A stretch of DNA of 62,346 bases from Candidatus Zhuqueibacterota bacterium (lineage in GTDB: Bacteria; Zhuqueibacterota; Zhuqueibacteria; Thermofontimicrobiales; Thermofontimicrobiaceae). Both the position numbers and the translations under genes were made by a program. The notes below the pieces were generated by a model that worked only from the letters and a program-made list of their open reading frames with translations, had not been told where the DNA came from and made no database searches. This document shows, piece after piece, positions 1 through 10,600 of the stretch. The DNA lies in NCBI GenBank assembly GCA_016783825.1, contig JADHVV010000004.1:1-62346 (forward strand). Direction: 5' to 3'. The first letter of the stretch is position 1; every line of letters begins with the position of its first letter.

Positions 1-138
1 AGGAAAAAATCTTAAACCTTTAATCTTCTACCTTGCTCCGCCTTAGCCTTCGCCTCAGCCTTTTCGTTGTAATAGTAATTGATCTTTATTAAAAAACTTT
101 TGCATAAAAAACAAAGATTCAACTGGTAATACTATATA
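1..138 (-). repeat. Edge-truncated inverted copy of the AAGGCTGAGGCGAAGG word-hairpin element plus its flank
   Basis: Bases 1-138 read as the reverse complement of about 14985-15122 (CCGCCTTAGCCTTCGCCTCAGCCTTTTCG ... CTTTTGCAyAAAAAACAAAGAT ... GTAATACTATA). A further direct copy of the hairpin core lies at 15317-15400. Confidence 0.8.
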
Positions 139-679
139 TTATTGAGCGGATATATTAAATTTAACAAGTTACCAAAAAAAATAGAGAATTGAGAATGCCT
201 AATTGAGAATTGTGAATGAAAATAATTACTACTTTAATTTAAGTTAATAGCATTGTGCATTCCCCCTGCCTATATAAAACAGACAACCCCAACTAAGTTT
301 AGGTCGAGGTTCAAAGATGCATTATCATAAAACTTCGTTGGGATTGTTAATGATGTCTTACCAAAGTTGCCTGTTTTGATATTTATTGGCTTTTGAAAGA
401 AGATTTCCGGGGTGGAAATCGATCTTGTGTGTGAACTAACAAATTCCATGCCACAATTGAAGTTACAGCGCTAATAATATAATATATAATTGTTTTGGAA
501 TTTACTTACAAGGCAGCGCCTTCACAATCCTTTGTTATTTTGCTATTTAATTACTTTATGTTGTGGGGGTTTTTTTAAGAATTTTACGTGCCGGTTAGAA
601 TTAAATTAAAAAAGCAAGCAGAGAATGAACCATAATCGAACATCGTTGTGCAGAAATTAGTCAATTTTTAGGTTACATT

Positions 680-1519
680 TTATAAAACTTTGAGTTGTTT
701 TTCCAATTCATGTTTTGAATAAACTTCCCGGTTCTGAATGATATTTTGATCACAAAGAAATTGACTAAGCTTAATAATTCGTGGTAAATCTAATTTTGTT
801 TTTAAAAGCATTTTTGATGAATGAAAGAATGATGTTTTTTCACCATCAAATTCAATAGCGCCTTCATCAAGAATTATAATACGATTCGTTAATTCAAATA
901 TTAAATCTATATTATGCGAGATCAGCACAATGGTTATTCCCTCAGCATGTAGCCGTTTTAAAATCCCGGCAATAAGCTTAATCCCTGACGGATCGAGACC
1001 TGCTGTTGGTTCATCAAGTATCAGCATTTCAGGCGCCATTGCCAATACACCAGCCAAGGCGATTCTGCGCATTTCTCCTTCGCTTAAGTGATATGGAGAA
1101 CGATTTCCCATCTGCTCCGCGTCTATTCCAACCAATCTTAATGCACTTGTAACCCGGTGGTTAATTTCTTTGCCAGGTAATTTTTGACATCGAGGCGCAA
1201 AAGCCACGTCATCAAAAACCGTTTCCTCGAACAATTGTGACTCGGGAAATTGAAAGACCACGCCGATCTTTCTTCTCAAATCCTGTAATTGAAAATCTTT
1301 TCTCCAAATATTTTTATCGTTTACATAAACTGTCCCGGATGTCGGTTTTAACAAGCCGGTAAAGTGTTGTAATAAAGTTGTCTTACCAGAGCCTGTAGGC
1401 CCAACAATACCGACAAATTCACCCGCAACAATTTCAAGGTTGATATTGGATAACACCCTGATTTTTGGGGGCAACTTTTGATTATAGCTGTAGCAAACAT
1501 TTTCAAATTTTATTTTCAT
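680..1519 (-). CDS. ABC transporter ATP-binding protein, CbiO/EcfA-like
   Basis: Walker A GPTGSGKTT, ABC signature LSEGEMRR and Walker B LILDEPTAGLD are present, followed by SHN. The ATG at 1519 gives the usual MKIKFENV N-terminus. The track ORF extends to a TTG at 1552 overlapping the upstream stop. No partner permease ORF lies downstream. Confidence 0.85.
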   Translation of the reverse strand: MKIKFENVCYSYNQKLPPKIRVLSNINLEIVAGEFVGIVGPTGSGKTTLLQHFTGLLKPTSGTVYVNDKNIWRKDFQLQDLRRKIGVVFQFPESQLFEETVFDDVAFAPRCQKLPGKEINHRVTSALRLVGIDAEQMGNRSPYHLSEGEMRRIALAGVLAMAPEMLILDEPTAGLDPSGIKLIAGILKRLHAEGITIVLISHNIDLIFELTNRIIILDEGAIEFDGEKTSFFHSSKMLLKTKLDLPRIIKLSQFLCDQNIIQNREVYSKHELEKQLKVL

Positions 1520-1548
1520 GTTTTGATGTTCTCGTACTGTTATTTGTT

Positions 1549-2808
1549 TCAACCTTTTAATGCTTCAAATTGCTTTTTAGCAAAGCTGTCTGTCATGCCC
1601 GCGATGTGATCAGCCACTACCCTGACAAAAAAATCCTGCTCTATTATTTGGTGATTTCCCCACCCCGTCTGCTTTTTTCCCGAAATCATTTCAATCCTTT
1701 TCAGAATATAGTCTGGCAAACGCAAAGGACTTTTTATAAATCCTTTAAAAATTTCACGCAGCATATTTTTATTTGTTTTTTTATAATCATTACCGGTACA
1801 TTTATAAATTATCTCTTCGTAGATAAATTTATTAAGTTCTTTTTGCAACGGATGAATATTCTCACTAAACTGCACTATCTCTTCGTCGAAAAACGTTAGC
1901 CCTTTTTTTTGAAGATAGAAGCGCTCTAAATTTTTTAAGCTGGTAGTAATAACATCATCGACCAATAAATTAATGATTCCGTGAATGAGCCGGTTTCGAT
2001 AATAATACCGGTCATTTTTTATTAGCGCTTTAATTGCTAATTTTTCTTCGATGATATGTGCTATCTTCAATTTTCTTACTTGTTCAATTTTCACCAATGA
2101 AGCGCGAATGCCATCTTCGAGATCGTGAGTTCGCTGGGCAATTTCATCGCACACAGCCACAACCTGACCTTCCAGGGTTGTGGCGTGATCTTTATCGAAG
2201 AACAATCCCTCATATAAAAATTCCGGGTATGAATACTTATTCCGTAAGAGACGCGTATGTTTCAATATTCCTTCCCGAACATAGGAGGTAAGGTTCAGCC
2301 CATCGAATTGATATTTTTTTTCAATTTTATCCAACACGCGCAGGCTTTGATAATTGTGTTTAAATCCGCCCCTGTTTTTAACTTTTAGAATTCCATCGAG
2401 ATTATCTTTGCCATTCAGTATTTCATTTAAAACAACCTCACCAACATGACCAAATGGCGTATGTCCCAGATCATGCCCCAACGCGATTGCCTCTACCAGT
2501 ACATCATTGAGTCCCAATGCTTTAGCCATTGTGCGAGCCAATTGTGCTACTTCGAGGGTGTGCGTTAGCCGGGTTCGATAATGATCCCCATCGCTGATTA
2601 AAAAAACCTGCTGCTTATGCTTTAATCTCCGAAAAGCCCTGGAATGTATGATACGATCCCTGTCTTGTTGAAACGCTGTTCGATAGGGGTGCTGCTTTTC
2701 ATCAAAAAACCTTGTTTTGGCAGCATTTTCGCTTTTCGTTGCATAAGGCGCTAACGAAAATTTTTCTAATTCTTCGTAAAACTTACGATCACGAATTTTG
2801 AAGTTCAT
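1549..2808 (-). CDS. dgt: dGTPase-family HD-domain deoxynucleoside triphosphate triphosphohydrolase
   Basis: Family motifs are RIIHSRAFRRLKHKQQVF, RTRLTHTLEVAQLAR, GHDLGHTPFGH and a C-terminal ADHIAGMTDSFA. Confidence 0.85.
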   Translation of the reverse strand: MNFKIRDRKFYEELEKFSLAPYATKSENAAKTRFFDEKQHPYRTAFQQDRDRIIHSRAFRRLKHKQQVFLISDGDHYRTRLTHTLEVAQLARTMAKALGLNDVLVEAIALGHDLGHTPFGHVGEVVLNEILNGKDNLDGILKVKNRGGFKHNYQSLRVLDKIEKKYQFDGLNLTSYVREGILKHTRLLRNKYSYPEFLYEGLFFDKDHATTLEGQVVAVCDEIAQRTHDLEDGIRASLVKIEQVRKLKIAHIIEEKLAIKALIKNDRYYYRNRLIHGIINLLVDDVITTSLKNLERFYLQKKGLTFFDEEIVQFSENIHPLQKELNKFIYEEIIYKCTGNDYKKTNKNMLREIFKGFIKSPLRLPDYILKRIEMISGKKQTGWGNHQIIEQDFFVRVVADHIAGMTDSFAKKQFEALKG

Positions 2809-2996
2809 CTAAAACAATTCACCCAATCTTTCAAATTTCAGCTTTTAAAATAATCTTTGTAACTATTCGTTCATTTTTTTGACAAAACAATCCACCTTCG
2901 CGGATCATTCAATTGTAACTATTTGCTTTTTGAAGATTATTTTGTCATTTTTTTATTTGGAATATTTTTTTTAGTTTCTTGAAAATCAGCAATTTA

Positions 2997-4868
2997 TTAA
3001 GAAACCTCTTTCAACTCATCCAGTAACAATTGAATTTCTTCCTTTAATTCGGACTTAATATTCTTGGAAAACCCAACATGAGTAAATCGTATTTTTCCAC
3101 TTCCATCAATGATCAAATGTGTCGGAAATCCGATTACATCAAAAGCGCGCTTTGCTGAAAAGCCCGAGTGAAATAATCGAAAATTAATCGGCGTATCGCG
3201 GATAAACTTTTTTATTGAAGCCGGATCTTCAACCGACACTGCCCAAAAGGAAACATTTTTCTGGTCATAAAAATTTTCTTTCAATTCATTCAGCCCTTCA
3301 ACTTCTTTTTGACATGCCTCGCTCCACGTATCCCAAAAAATTAACACCGTAATTTTACCTTTTTGTCCATTCAAATCAACTTTATTGCTTTGCATGTCTG
3401 TTAACAAAATATCGGGCGCTGGTTTTGCCGAGGCTTTTTGTTCGTCTCTTATTGCCCGGCTCAGGTAAGAATTAAATTGGGACGTTGGCGCTTGTCTTTT
3501 CCGAAAAAGAATTTTCAATTTATCAATTGCACCATTTTGTGTCGAATTTAAACTTACTGCTTTTATGTAAGCATTATGCGCGCTGTCTTGTTCTCCTGCT
3601 GCCATAAATATATCACCGATCTTTTCCCATTCATAAGCAGGAAATGGGGTTCGTAAGGCGATACATTTTTTTCTGTTTTTTATCGCGCTTTTAAAGTCTT
3701 TTCGCTTATAGTTAATTGTTGCTTCTGTGGAAAGTATTTGACATTCAGTTAGTTGTGACTTTGAGATACGATCAGCCGGATTATCCCATGGATTATTCGA
3801 GAAAATTAATTCCGGGGTATTCATCTCCCTTGCATTAGTGATCATTTGTTGAGAAAGTTCTATTCTTCCTTTTCTTAGATAATCGTTTGCCAGCGCCAGC
3901 CATGTGGAGGTGTTAGTAGAATCTGTCTGAAGACATTTCTCATAATGGTGGATAGATTTATTTATTCTTCCCTGCCGGCGATAAAACATTCCCAACTGAA
4001 GATTCACTTTTTTCAAATAATCCTTGTTTTTTGTATGGTAGATAAACTTTGTTAAATCATTAACGATGGCTTGCTGGTTTGTGCCATTTCTCAAAAATAT
4101 CAATGAATAAGTAATTTTATCTCTTTGCGGGAATTTATCAAAATCCGCAATCAATTTCTCACCAATCTTTAATGCTTCACCGGGTTTGTTTAATAATTTT
4201 AGATTGGTTTTAAAAGCGAGCGAAGCGACTTCATACAGGTCTGTTTTGGCTGGTTCATGGCTCAATAAACTGTCCAGCTCAGATTGTATATTTTTCAGCT
4301 CTTGCGCGGGTAATGCGGCTAGTCTTAACCTGGAAAACCATAGGTCAAACCAAACTTTGTAATTGTCTGGGTACATCGCCAATTCGTTTTCAAAGTATTG
4401 TTTCGCCTTTTTATGGTCAGGGAAATTACTTTTGCGGTTTGTATTATTATAAATTAAACCCAATTGATGGGACGCGTTTCGCTGTACTTCCCCGTTCTCG
4501 TTTTCTAACATAATATTCCACCCGCGCCCGCTATTGTCCTCGCACCTATCCATGCTGTCTTCAAACTTAATACTCAGCAAACAATCTGATTCTTTTGTAT
4601 TAACATTCGCAATAAAACAATCCGACTTTTTTTCCATCTGAATTCGATCCAGCCTGATGCCTTGGGATTCAAAGAGTTGCCAGACAAGATAAACAGAAAA
4701 CTTCTTTTGTTCCGGGTTTATTAATCGTTTGGGAAAAAACTTTATCGTAATTTTATCGCCTGCTTTTGGTTCTCCCGGCTTGATCATAACAGTATCATCG
4801 ATTGATTTTTGAGAACACGATACAAGAATTAACAGTAATATTATACATATGCTTATCTTTTGTAACAT
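2997..4868 (-). CDS. Lipoprotein with TPR repeats and a C-terminal TlpA/redoxin-like thioredoxin fold carrying SxxC instead of CxxC
   Basis: The ATG at 4868 is preceded by AAGGA and gives the signal MLQKISICIILLLILVSC (lipobox). A central TPR-like region follows (YFENELAMYPDNYKVW, YEKCLQTDSTNTSTWLALANDY). The C-terminus VLIFWDTWSEACQKEVEGLNEL...GFPTHLIIDGSGKI matches the TlpA/ResA pattern. Confidence 0.75.
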   Translation of the reverse strand: MLQKISICIILLLILVSCSQKSIDDTVMIKPGEPKAGDKITIKFFPKRLINPEQKKFSVYLVWQLFESQGIRLDRIQMEKKSDCFIANVNTKESDCLLSIKFEDSMDRCEDNSGRGWNIMLENENGEVQRNASHQLGLIYNNTNRKSNFPDHKKAKQYFENELAMYPDNYKVWFDLWFSRLRLAALPAQELKNIQSELDSLLSHEPAKTDLYEVASLAFKTNLKLLNKPGEALKIGEKLIADFDKFPQRDKITYSLIFLRNGTNQQAIVNDLTKFIYHTKNKDYLKKVNLQLGMFYRRQGRINKSIHHYEKCLQTDSTNTSTWLALANDYLRKGRIELSQQMITNAREMNTPELIFSNNPWDNPADRISKSQLTECQILSTEATINYKRKDFKSAIKNRKKCIALRTPFPAYEWEKIGDIFMAAGEQDSAHNAYIKAVSLNSTQNGAIDKLKILFRKRQAPTSQFNSYLSRAIRDEQKASAKPAPDILLTDMQSNKVDLNGQKGKITVLIFWDTWSEACQKEVEGLNELKENFYDQKNVSFWAVSVEDPASIKKFIRDTPINFRLFHSGFSAKRAFDVIGFPTHLIIDGSGKIRFTHVGFSKNIKSELKEEIQLLLDELKEVS

Positions 4869-5420
4869 GGGGATTCCTTTCATTTTGACAGCTTTATAAA
4901 CCTTATCTTTTACAATATATTGCAACGTAAATTTCCAATGTAATCTAAATGTAATTATAGTGCCAAACTTGTCAAGGTTTAGTAAAGCTGTTTGCCGTTT
5001 TAAACTGAAACTCGAAACCTTAATAAGTCAATTTAATAATTTTTTTATGAAATTCAAAGTGGTTTTTTAAGCTGGGAAATAATGGTAACATCTGTGTGCG
5101 GCGCTCAACCTGTGTTTTCCACAACCAGACCAGGCTATAGCTAAAAAGCGAAAAGAATGTGGTATCGTATTTTTTTTCTTATTTACTATTTTTATCTGCA
5201 CTTTGAACATGATTTTTTTATATTGGTAATAACACACCACGAATTCCGACCACAGAACGACTACGATACTCGAATACGAGTTATTCACGCTGAATTGAAT
5301 CGAATAGAAATTTTGGACAGCATTAAGACAATACATTGGTTGAGCGAATTATTATTGAGAAGGTTATGCAACCCGTATTCATGCGTGGTTGACTGTTTTC
5401 CTTAGTTCCTAAACAGTGAA

Positions 5421-5453
5421 ATTCTTGCACAATGGGCAAGAATATTTTTTCTT
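5421..5453 (+). terminator. Possible orphan intrinsic terminator
   Basis: ATTCTTGC-acaatgg-GCAAGAAT is followed by ATTTTTTCTT. No convincing + strand gene lies upstream; the 82-aa ORF 5157-5405 looks non-coding. Confidence 0.3.
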
Positions 5454-5465
5454 CTAAACAAAAGA

Positions 5466-5538
5466 ATAGAAAGGTACAGGTAAAGGCAAAGGTAAAGTTT
5501 TCTATTTTTCTTTACCTTTACCTCTGCCTTTACCTTAT
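5466..5538. repeat. Word-hairpin (GGTAAAGG words)
   Basis: Left arm ATAGAAAGGTACAGGTAAAGGCAAAGGTAAAG pairs with right arm CTTTACCTTTACCTCTGCCTTTACCTTAT. The same arms bound the large element at 23133-23558. Confidence 0.85.
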
Positions 5539-5588
5539 ACAATTTTTAAAATTGAATCGTTGTTGAAAACATAATGGCGTAAACATCT

Positions 5589-5610
5589 ATTCTGGTTCAT
5601 CCAGGTTAGG
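5589..5610 (+). repeat. Conserved 22-nt boundary motif ATTCTGGTTCATCCAGGTTAGG
   Basis: Related copies occur at 23075-23096 (reverse complement), 37497-37519 and 58511-58532, with a diverged copy at 37599-37624. Confidence 0.75.
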
Positions 5611-5779
5611 ATAGGATCAATAATTGCGGACGATTCTTTCTCTTCAGGAGATAGTTTCTCTTTAATAAAAAATGTGCCGCAACTGTGACAAAGATGTTTT
5701 ATTCTCATTAATATAAATGAATACCGTTTTTGGTGGGATAATTTAAAAAAATTAGTAACTATTCAGCATTATTACCAGT

Positions 5780-5937
5780 GTCATTCTGAGGGAGCTTGCG
5801 ACCGAAGAATCTCCACGATATTCAAACTTTTGTTAAAATAATTCGAGATTCCTGTATAGTCACATTTAAAAAATAAGGAAATACAGACTATGCTTCACTT
5901 CCCAACATCACTACCCCCCTCCATCGTTCAGAATGAC
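5780..5937 (+). repeat. GTCATTCTGAGGGAGC...TCAGAATGAC palindromic element, long form
   Basis: Termini GTCATTCTGA/TCAGAATGAC are perfectly complementary. A near-identical inverted copy lies at 58308-58465, a short form at 17985-18100 and a partial copy at 15419-15464. Flanks (GTAACTATTCAG ... CTGAACAGTTAC, about 5755-5966) are also inverted repeats. Confidence 0.9.
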
Positions 5938-5994
5938 ATTGATATAACAGACAGCTGAACAGTTACAAAAATTATTAAATAACAGAGGCAAGAG

Positions 5995-6369
5995 ATGTTA
6001 AAATTAGTGAAACGACTTCATGCGGTGAATGAGGAATTAAACAAAATCAAGATTGAATTAGCAAATTGCTGGGAACCTTTCCTAAACGATTTACAGCAGG
6101 TAAATCAGGAATTTCAGATGATGAGTGAAACAATGATTTGTACGCGTTTGACTGATATTTTACATAAATATGAAATATACAAAATTGTTAACGTTCCCGC
6201 TTCAAATGGTCACCCGGTGCAACTGGACCGGGAAATTCCATCGCCGAAAGATGTTTTGAAAAATAATGAATTCGTCAAAGAAATCGCACAGCACCGCATA
6301 GCTGATGGGTATGCACAAAAAATCCATGAATTATTAAACAAGATAATTCAAAAAGCGAAAAGATTGTGA
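5995..6369 (+). CDS. Hypothetical small helical protein, first gene of the TPR-CHAT operon
   Basis: 124-aa ORF with GAGG-like RBS upstream. Its stop lies 28 nt before the next gene. I recognise no family motif. Confidence 0.6.
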   Translation: MLKLVKRLHAVNEELNKIKIELANCWEPFLNDLQQVNQEFQMMSETMICTRLTDILHKYEIYKIVNVPASNGHPVQLDREIPSPKDVLKNNEFVKEIAQHRIADGYAQKIHELLNKIIQKAKRL

Positions 6370-6397
6370 TTTAGTAAAATTACCGCGAGGGGAAATT

Positions 6398-7696
6398 ATG
6401 CAGGATTTAGCCATTTTTCGTTATATCGTTTTTACTTTGTGGGATGTCCGGGATACTGAAGACGGGCGAAAAATAAAAACAGAAGCGATGTGGACAGGTA
6501 TACAACAAGTGTGGAAGGGGGTTAATCAGCAAATTGGAAACCGGCAAATAACAACACTGAAGCCTAATTCACTGGAAATCAATCGCCGGGAAAGCGTTCG
6601 CCTTGCCAGTATCGGCTGGAGTAATACAGGGGGATTTTCCTATTCTCTGGAAATCCGCCAAATTTACGACAGCGTTTATTTTCAAATCGGGATATCCCGT
6701 ACTGGAGATTCAGAACCGGATGATTTGAAAGACCTGGTGCGGAAAATTTATAAATTCAAACCTTCTATTAATGCCGAAAAGCACCCGGTACAGGTGGGTG
6801 ATGTGTGTTGTTATTATGCTGAAAATCCTGATAATCCTACTCCCGACCAATTCAATAGCCTGGCACGGAATGTTATTTTAAGCCCTGATGACACATTAGT
6901 AGATGAGATAAAAATCTATCCATTTGAATGGGGATACCTGGCAATCCCGGATTCCTATCGTTATCCCTTCCCGATTCTTGTCACTCCTTTAAATAACAGA
7001 CCATCGCTTAAAAAATCAGCTTTATTCGTCCATTCAGATGTTCCACGTTTAGTTTTGTATTTTATGAAACTTCGACGGGATTTTTTAGAATTTGAAAGAG
7101 AGCGACCCCTGGTAGAAATAAATGAACAGAAATTGGCAAAGCACCTTCTTGGAGTACCGGAAAAAGCAACGCTTGAAGTTCATGAAAACCAGGTTATTCA
7201 TCTTACCAAAAGGCACAACTTTTTAATTGAGGATGTCGGCAGGATCAAGCAGCGGATGAGTGCAATGAAGGCGAACATTAAGAATCTTATTCTGCTCAAC
7301 CAGGACATCCGGGGTACGCGACAAAACACGGAATTGGAAAATTTCCTGCTCACTGATGCCAGAATTGCTATTGAACAAATCGAACGTGATCTTGAATTTT
7401 TCAAAGCCCGTGATGAAGAAGCGCATCTTACTCTGGAAACCCTCAACGTGCTGATAAATGTGGAACGTGGTAAAATGCAGCGCGAACGGGGTGAGTATGA
7501 ACAGCTATTTGTTAAAATACTCGCTATCATCGGCATAGTGCTGGCTTTAATTGACGGTTTTTCTGCAGAGTTTAAGTGGTACACAAAGGTAGCAATTGTT
7601 GCCGGTGGGCTAATCCTGGGATTGACTTGGTATTTGAAAGCGCGAAGAAAAATAAAGAGAGAAAGTAAAAAGCACAATGTCAAAAATTCAATTTGA
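6398..7696 (+). CDS. Hypothetical protein: unassigned N-terminal domain, long coiled coil, C-terminal two-helix transmembrane hairpin with basic tail (CHAT-associated)
   Basis: Strong RBS GAGGGG precedes the ATG. A heptad-rich region spans about aa 235-365. TM helices are LFVKILAIIGIVLALIDGF and VAIVAGGLILGLTWYL (nt about 7505-7636), then KARRKIKRESKKH. The 3' end overlaps the CHAT gene start by 20 nt. Confidence 0.75.
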   Translation: MQDLAIFRYIVFTLWDVRDTEDGRKIKTEAMWTGIQQVWKGVNQQIGNRQITTLKPNSLEINRRESVRLASIGWSNTGGFSYSLEIRQIYDSVYFQIGISRTGDSEPDDLKDLVRKIYKFKPSINAEKHPVQVGDVCCYYAENPDNPTPDQFNSLARNVILSPDDTLVDEIKIYPFEWGYLAIPDSYRYPFPILVTPLNNRPSLKKSALFVHSDVPRLVLYFMKLRRDFLEFERERPLVEINEQKLAKHLLGVPEKATLEVHENQVIHLTKRHNFLIEDVGRIKQRMSAMKANIKNLILLNQDIRGTRQNTELENFLLTDARIAIEQIERDLEFFKARDEEAHLTLETLNVLINVERGKMQRERGEYEQLFVKILAIIGIVLALIDGFSAEFKWYTKVAIVAGGLILGLTWYLKARRKIKRESKKHNVKNSI

Positions 7697-10600
7697 ACTT
7701 CTCAGAATAAGAAGCCAGACAGAGCTTCAGCAATTTACTCAAAAAATTTTATTTAATCGGAGTTCGCAACGGCTTCCCACGGAAGGTGAATTACTTGATT
7801 TTGTCAATGAGCTTTGCCCGGCGGGAAAAAGATTATATAATGATGAAAAATATCAACAATCGATTTTGCTTTTAACTCATGCGCAGAAAATTGCCAAAGT
7901 TATGAAGAATGAAACGGTTGAAACAAAAATTCTCTGCGATTTAGGTTTCCCGTATTATTTCCTGAAAGAATATTCCCAGACAATTTTGATTTGGGAACGG
8001 GCTTATAATTTAAGCCGCCAGGTAAATGATATTTCTGCGATGGCGGAGATTGGCTTTTTTCTTAGTAAAGTTTTTCGGGAAATAAATGCTTTTTCTCGAT
8101 TAACCAAATGTGCCGAACTGGCATTGAGAGATTATCGGAAGCTGCAAAATTCTACTGTCGACTCTGTAAAGGCTCTGAAATTTAAAGATAAAATTGGCCA
8201 GCTTTTCGACGCGCTCGGTTTGGGTTACAGCTATGCAGGCCCAATTGATGCGTCGATACTAAATTACCAAAAGTCTATTAAAATAGCTGCCGGGCTTGGT
8301 AATTTTGTGGAGAAACGAAACCGTCTGGGGAATTTGGCCCGGACTTATCTTGTCGCTGGTGAAAAAGAACTCGCGTTAGACACCTATTTTGACGCATTGA
8401 AAATTAAAACCAATAATCCTGAAAGTGACCAAAATGCGCAAATTCTGGGAAACATGAGCCTGGGCATTATTTACCGGGAACTGGCAAAGCTGACTGATGC
8501 TGAAAGTCATTTTGGAAAAGCGTTGGGAGTCGCCAGCAAAATCGGGGATAATCAGAATATGAACCGTTTATTGAATAGCCTTGGGATTGTTTTTCGTGAT
8601 TGCGGAGATTTAGAAAAAGCTTATAAGCATTACCAACTTGGATATAAAATTGCCCGGACAACAGGTGATGAAATAGGTGAAGGCGATTCACAGGGAAATA
8701 TCGGAAATTATTTTTATCAAACCGGACAACCGGCAAAAGCTCAACCGTACTACGAAAAAGCCCTTCAGATTTCCAGAAAATATAACGATACTCTACTCAT
8801 TTCCCGATGGACCGGTAACCTGGGAAATGTCTGTTCACAGCTCGGTAAGCAGTCGAATGCAGTAGAATTTTACCGGGAAGCTTTGGCTTTGAGTCAGGAA
8901 ATTCATGATAAGGATCATGAATATTTGTGGAATTATAATTTAGGCGTAATTTACCGGGACCAATTTAAAAATCCGGAAGAAGCCCGCTGCTGCTTTCTTC
9001 GCGCCATTTTATGTTTAAATGATTTGCGCCGCGGTATTCGAAATGAAGATTTCAGCCGTTCATTCGGTGAAAACAAAGTGTTTGTGTACCAGGATATGAT
9101 CGACGTATGTCTGGAATTATCGGGTAGAAAACCGGCGTTCCTTGATGATGCTTTGGCTTATGCGGAGGATGCTAAAGGTTACACCCTAATGCGGATGATT
9201 ACCGAATCAGGTATTCAACCATCACCTGTAGTACCTGAAAGCTTACGAAAGGAATTTTTTCTTTCTCAGAATCGTATTCATCATTTTGAAAATAAATTAA
9301 GTGAACCTTCGTTTTTAAAAAATAATGATATTGAGACTGGAACCGATGGTAACCGGTTACCTGGTTTAACCTCTCAACAGCAGGAACACCATCGACAGGA
9401 CTGGCTGCAAAAACTCACAAAAGCCAAAGTGAAACAACGGAATATACTTCTGAAAATAGCCCAATATGATCCGGCATTTGCGGAAATTTCAAATCAGGAA
9501 AAAATTTCGATAAAATCGGTCCAGGAATTTTTAGATCAGAATTATCCTGGAAAAATGATTGTGTTCTTTTCTGTTACCCGTGATTATTTAAATATTTTTC
9601 TGGTGACTGCCCAGGAAATTGTTACCGTCAGGCTTCCTGAATTACATGAGTCAGCATTGAATAAACTCGTTAATGATGAATGGCTTAATCCTTATGAAAT
9701 TTACCGGAATAAAAAATCCGTTAACACCTGGCAACAGGATATTGATAAATTTTCAGTCACAATGTATAATAAATTCTGGTTAAAGATCGAACCGCATATT
9801 ACTAAGGAAAATGTGGATGGGCTTATAATTATACCCAGCGGTGTTCTTTATTTACTGCCGTTTCATTTAATCCGATTACCTTCAGAACAGAATGAGCAAG
9901 CGCGCTATTTATCAGATGATTTTCAGATTGCCTACGCACCTAACTTTCGAATGCTAAAATTGAGTCAGTCAAAAGGTGACCTTCCTTTTTTGGAAACTAA
10001 TTTTTTGGGAATTTGTAATCCTGATCGGAGCCTTTTATGGGCTGATCTTGAAATGGAGGTGATATCCAACTTTTTTTCTGAATCGCTTGTTCTCTGGCAT
10101 GAAACAGCGCAGCGGAAGAGAATCTTAGAAATAATTAACCGCTATTCAGTAGTCCACTTTTCGACCCATGCAGAAGGGGCAACGTTTTCCGAACTTAATG
10201 TCGGGATGTTAACTGCTGATGGTTTTTTGAGTATGCATGATATTTTTACTCATGTTAAATTCCCACAATCGGCAATGACTGTTTTAAGCGCTTGCGAAAC
10301 CGGCATGATTAAGCCGGACAAGGGCGATGAATACATTGGATTGCCGGCAGCATTTCTGTATGCGTCTGTGCCATCAGTTGTTAGTAGCCTTTGGAAGGTT
10401 GAGGACGCTTCGACGGCGCTGCTCATGATCAAGTTTTATGAAAATTTAAAAACGAATAACATGAGCAGAATTCAAGCATTAAGCGATGCGCAGAATTGGC
10501 TCAGGACAGTGACTAATGCTGAATTAATTCTGTATCTTGAACCCATTACTGATGAAATGGAAAATGAAATTCGAGAATTAAAACAAAAAAAGCAAGAAGT

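Noticed and set aside
1549-2808. dGTPase as an anti-phage dNTP-depletion defence gene
   Set aside because: Defence dGTPases are homologous to housekeeping Dgt, and sequence alone cannot separate them. The context (translationally linked ABC ATPase, no other defence genes adjacent) gives no support.
5067-5405. 89-aa (-) and 82-aa (+) ORFs in the gap upstream of the TPR-thioredoxin gene
   Set aside because: They are mutually overlapping, lack an RBS, and have aromatic/Ile-rich composition typical of AT-rich non-coding DNA. This is probably a promoter region.
5570-5710. Roughly 50-aa minus-strand ORF (MRIKHLCHSCGTFF...)
   Set aside because: It has no RBS and reads through the 22-nt boundary motif and the adjacent repeat-family sequence. 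It is too short and featureless to support.
7198-7683. 161-aa and 67-aa minus-strand ORFs inside the CHAT-associated gene
   Set aside because: They lie entirely antisense to a well-supported + strand CDS with a strong RBS. Their Ser/Arg-rich composition is typical of shadow frames opposite coiled-coil coding sequence.
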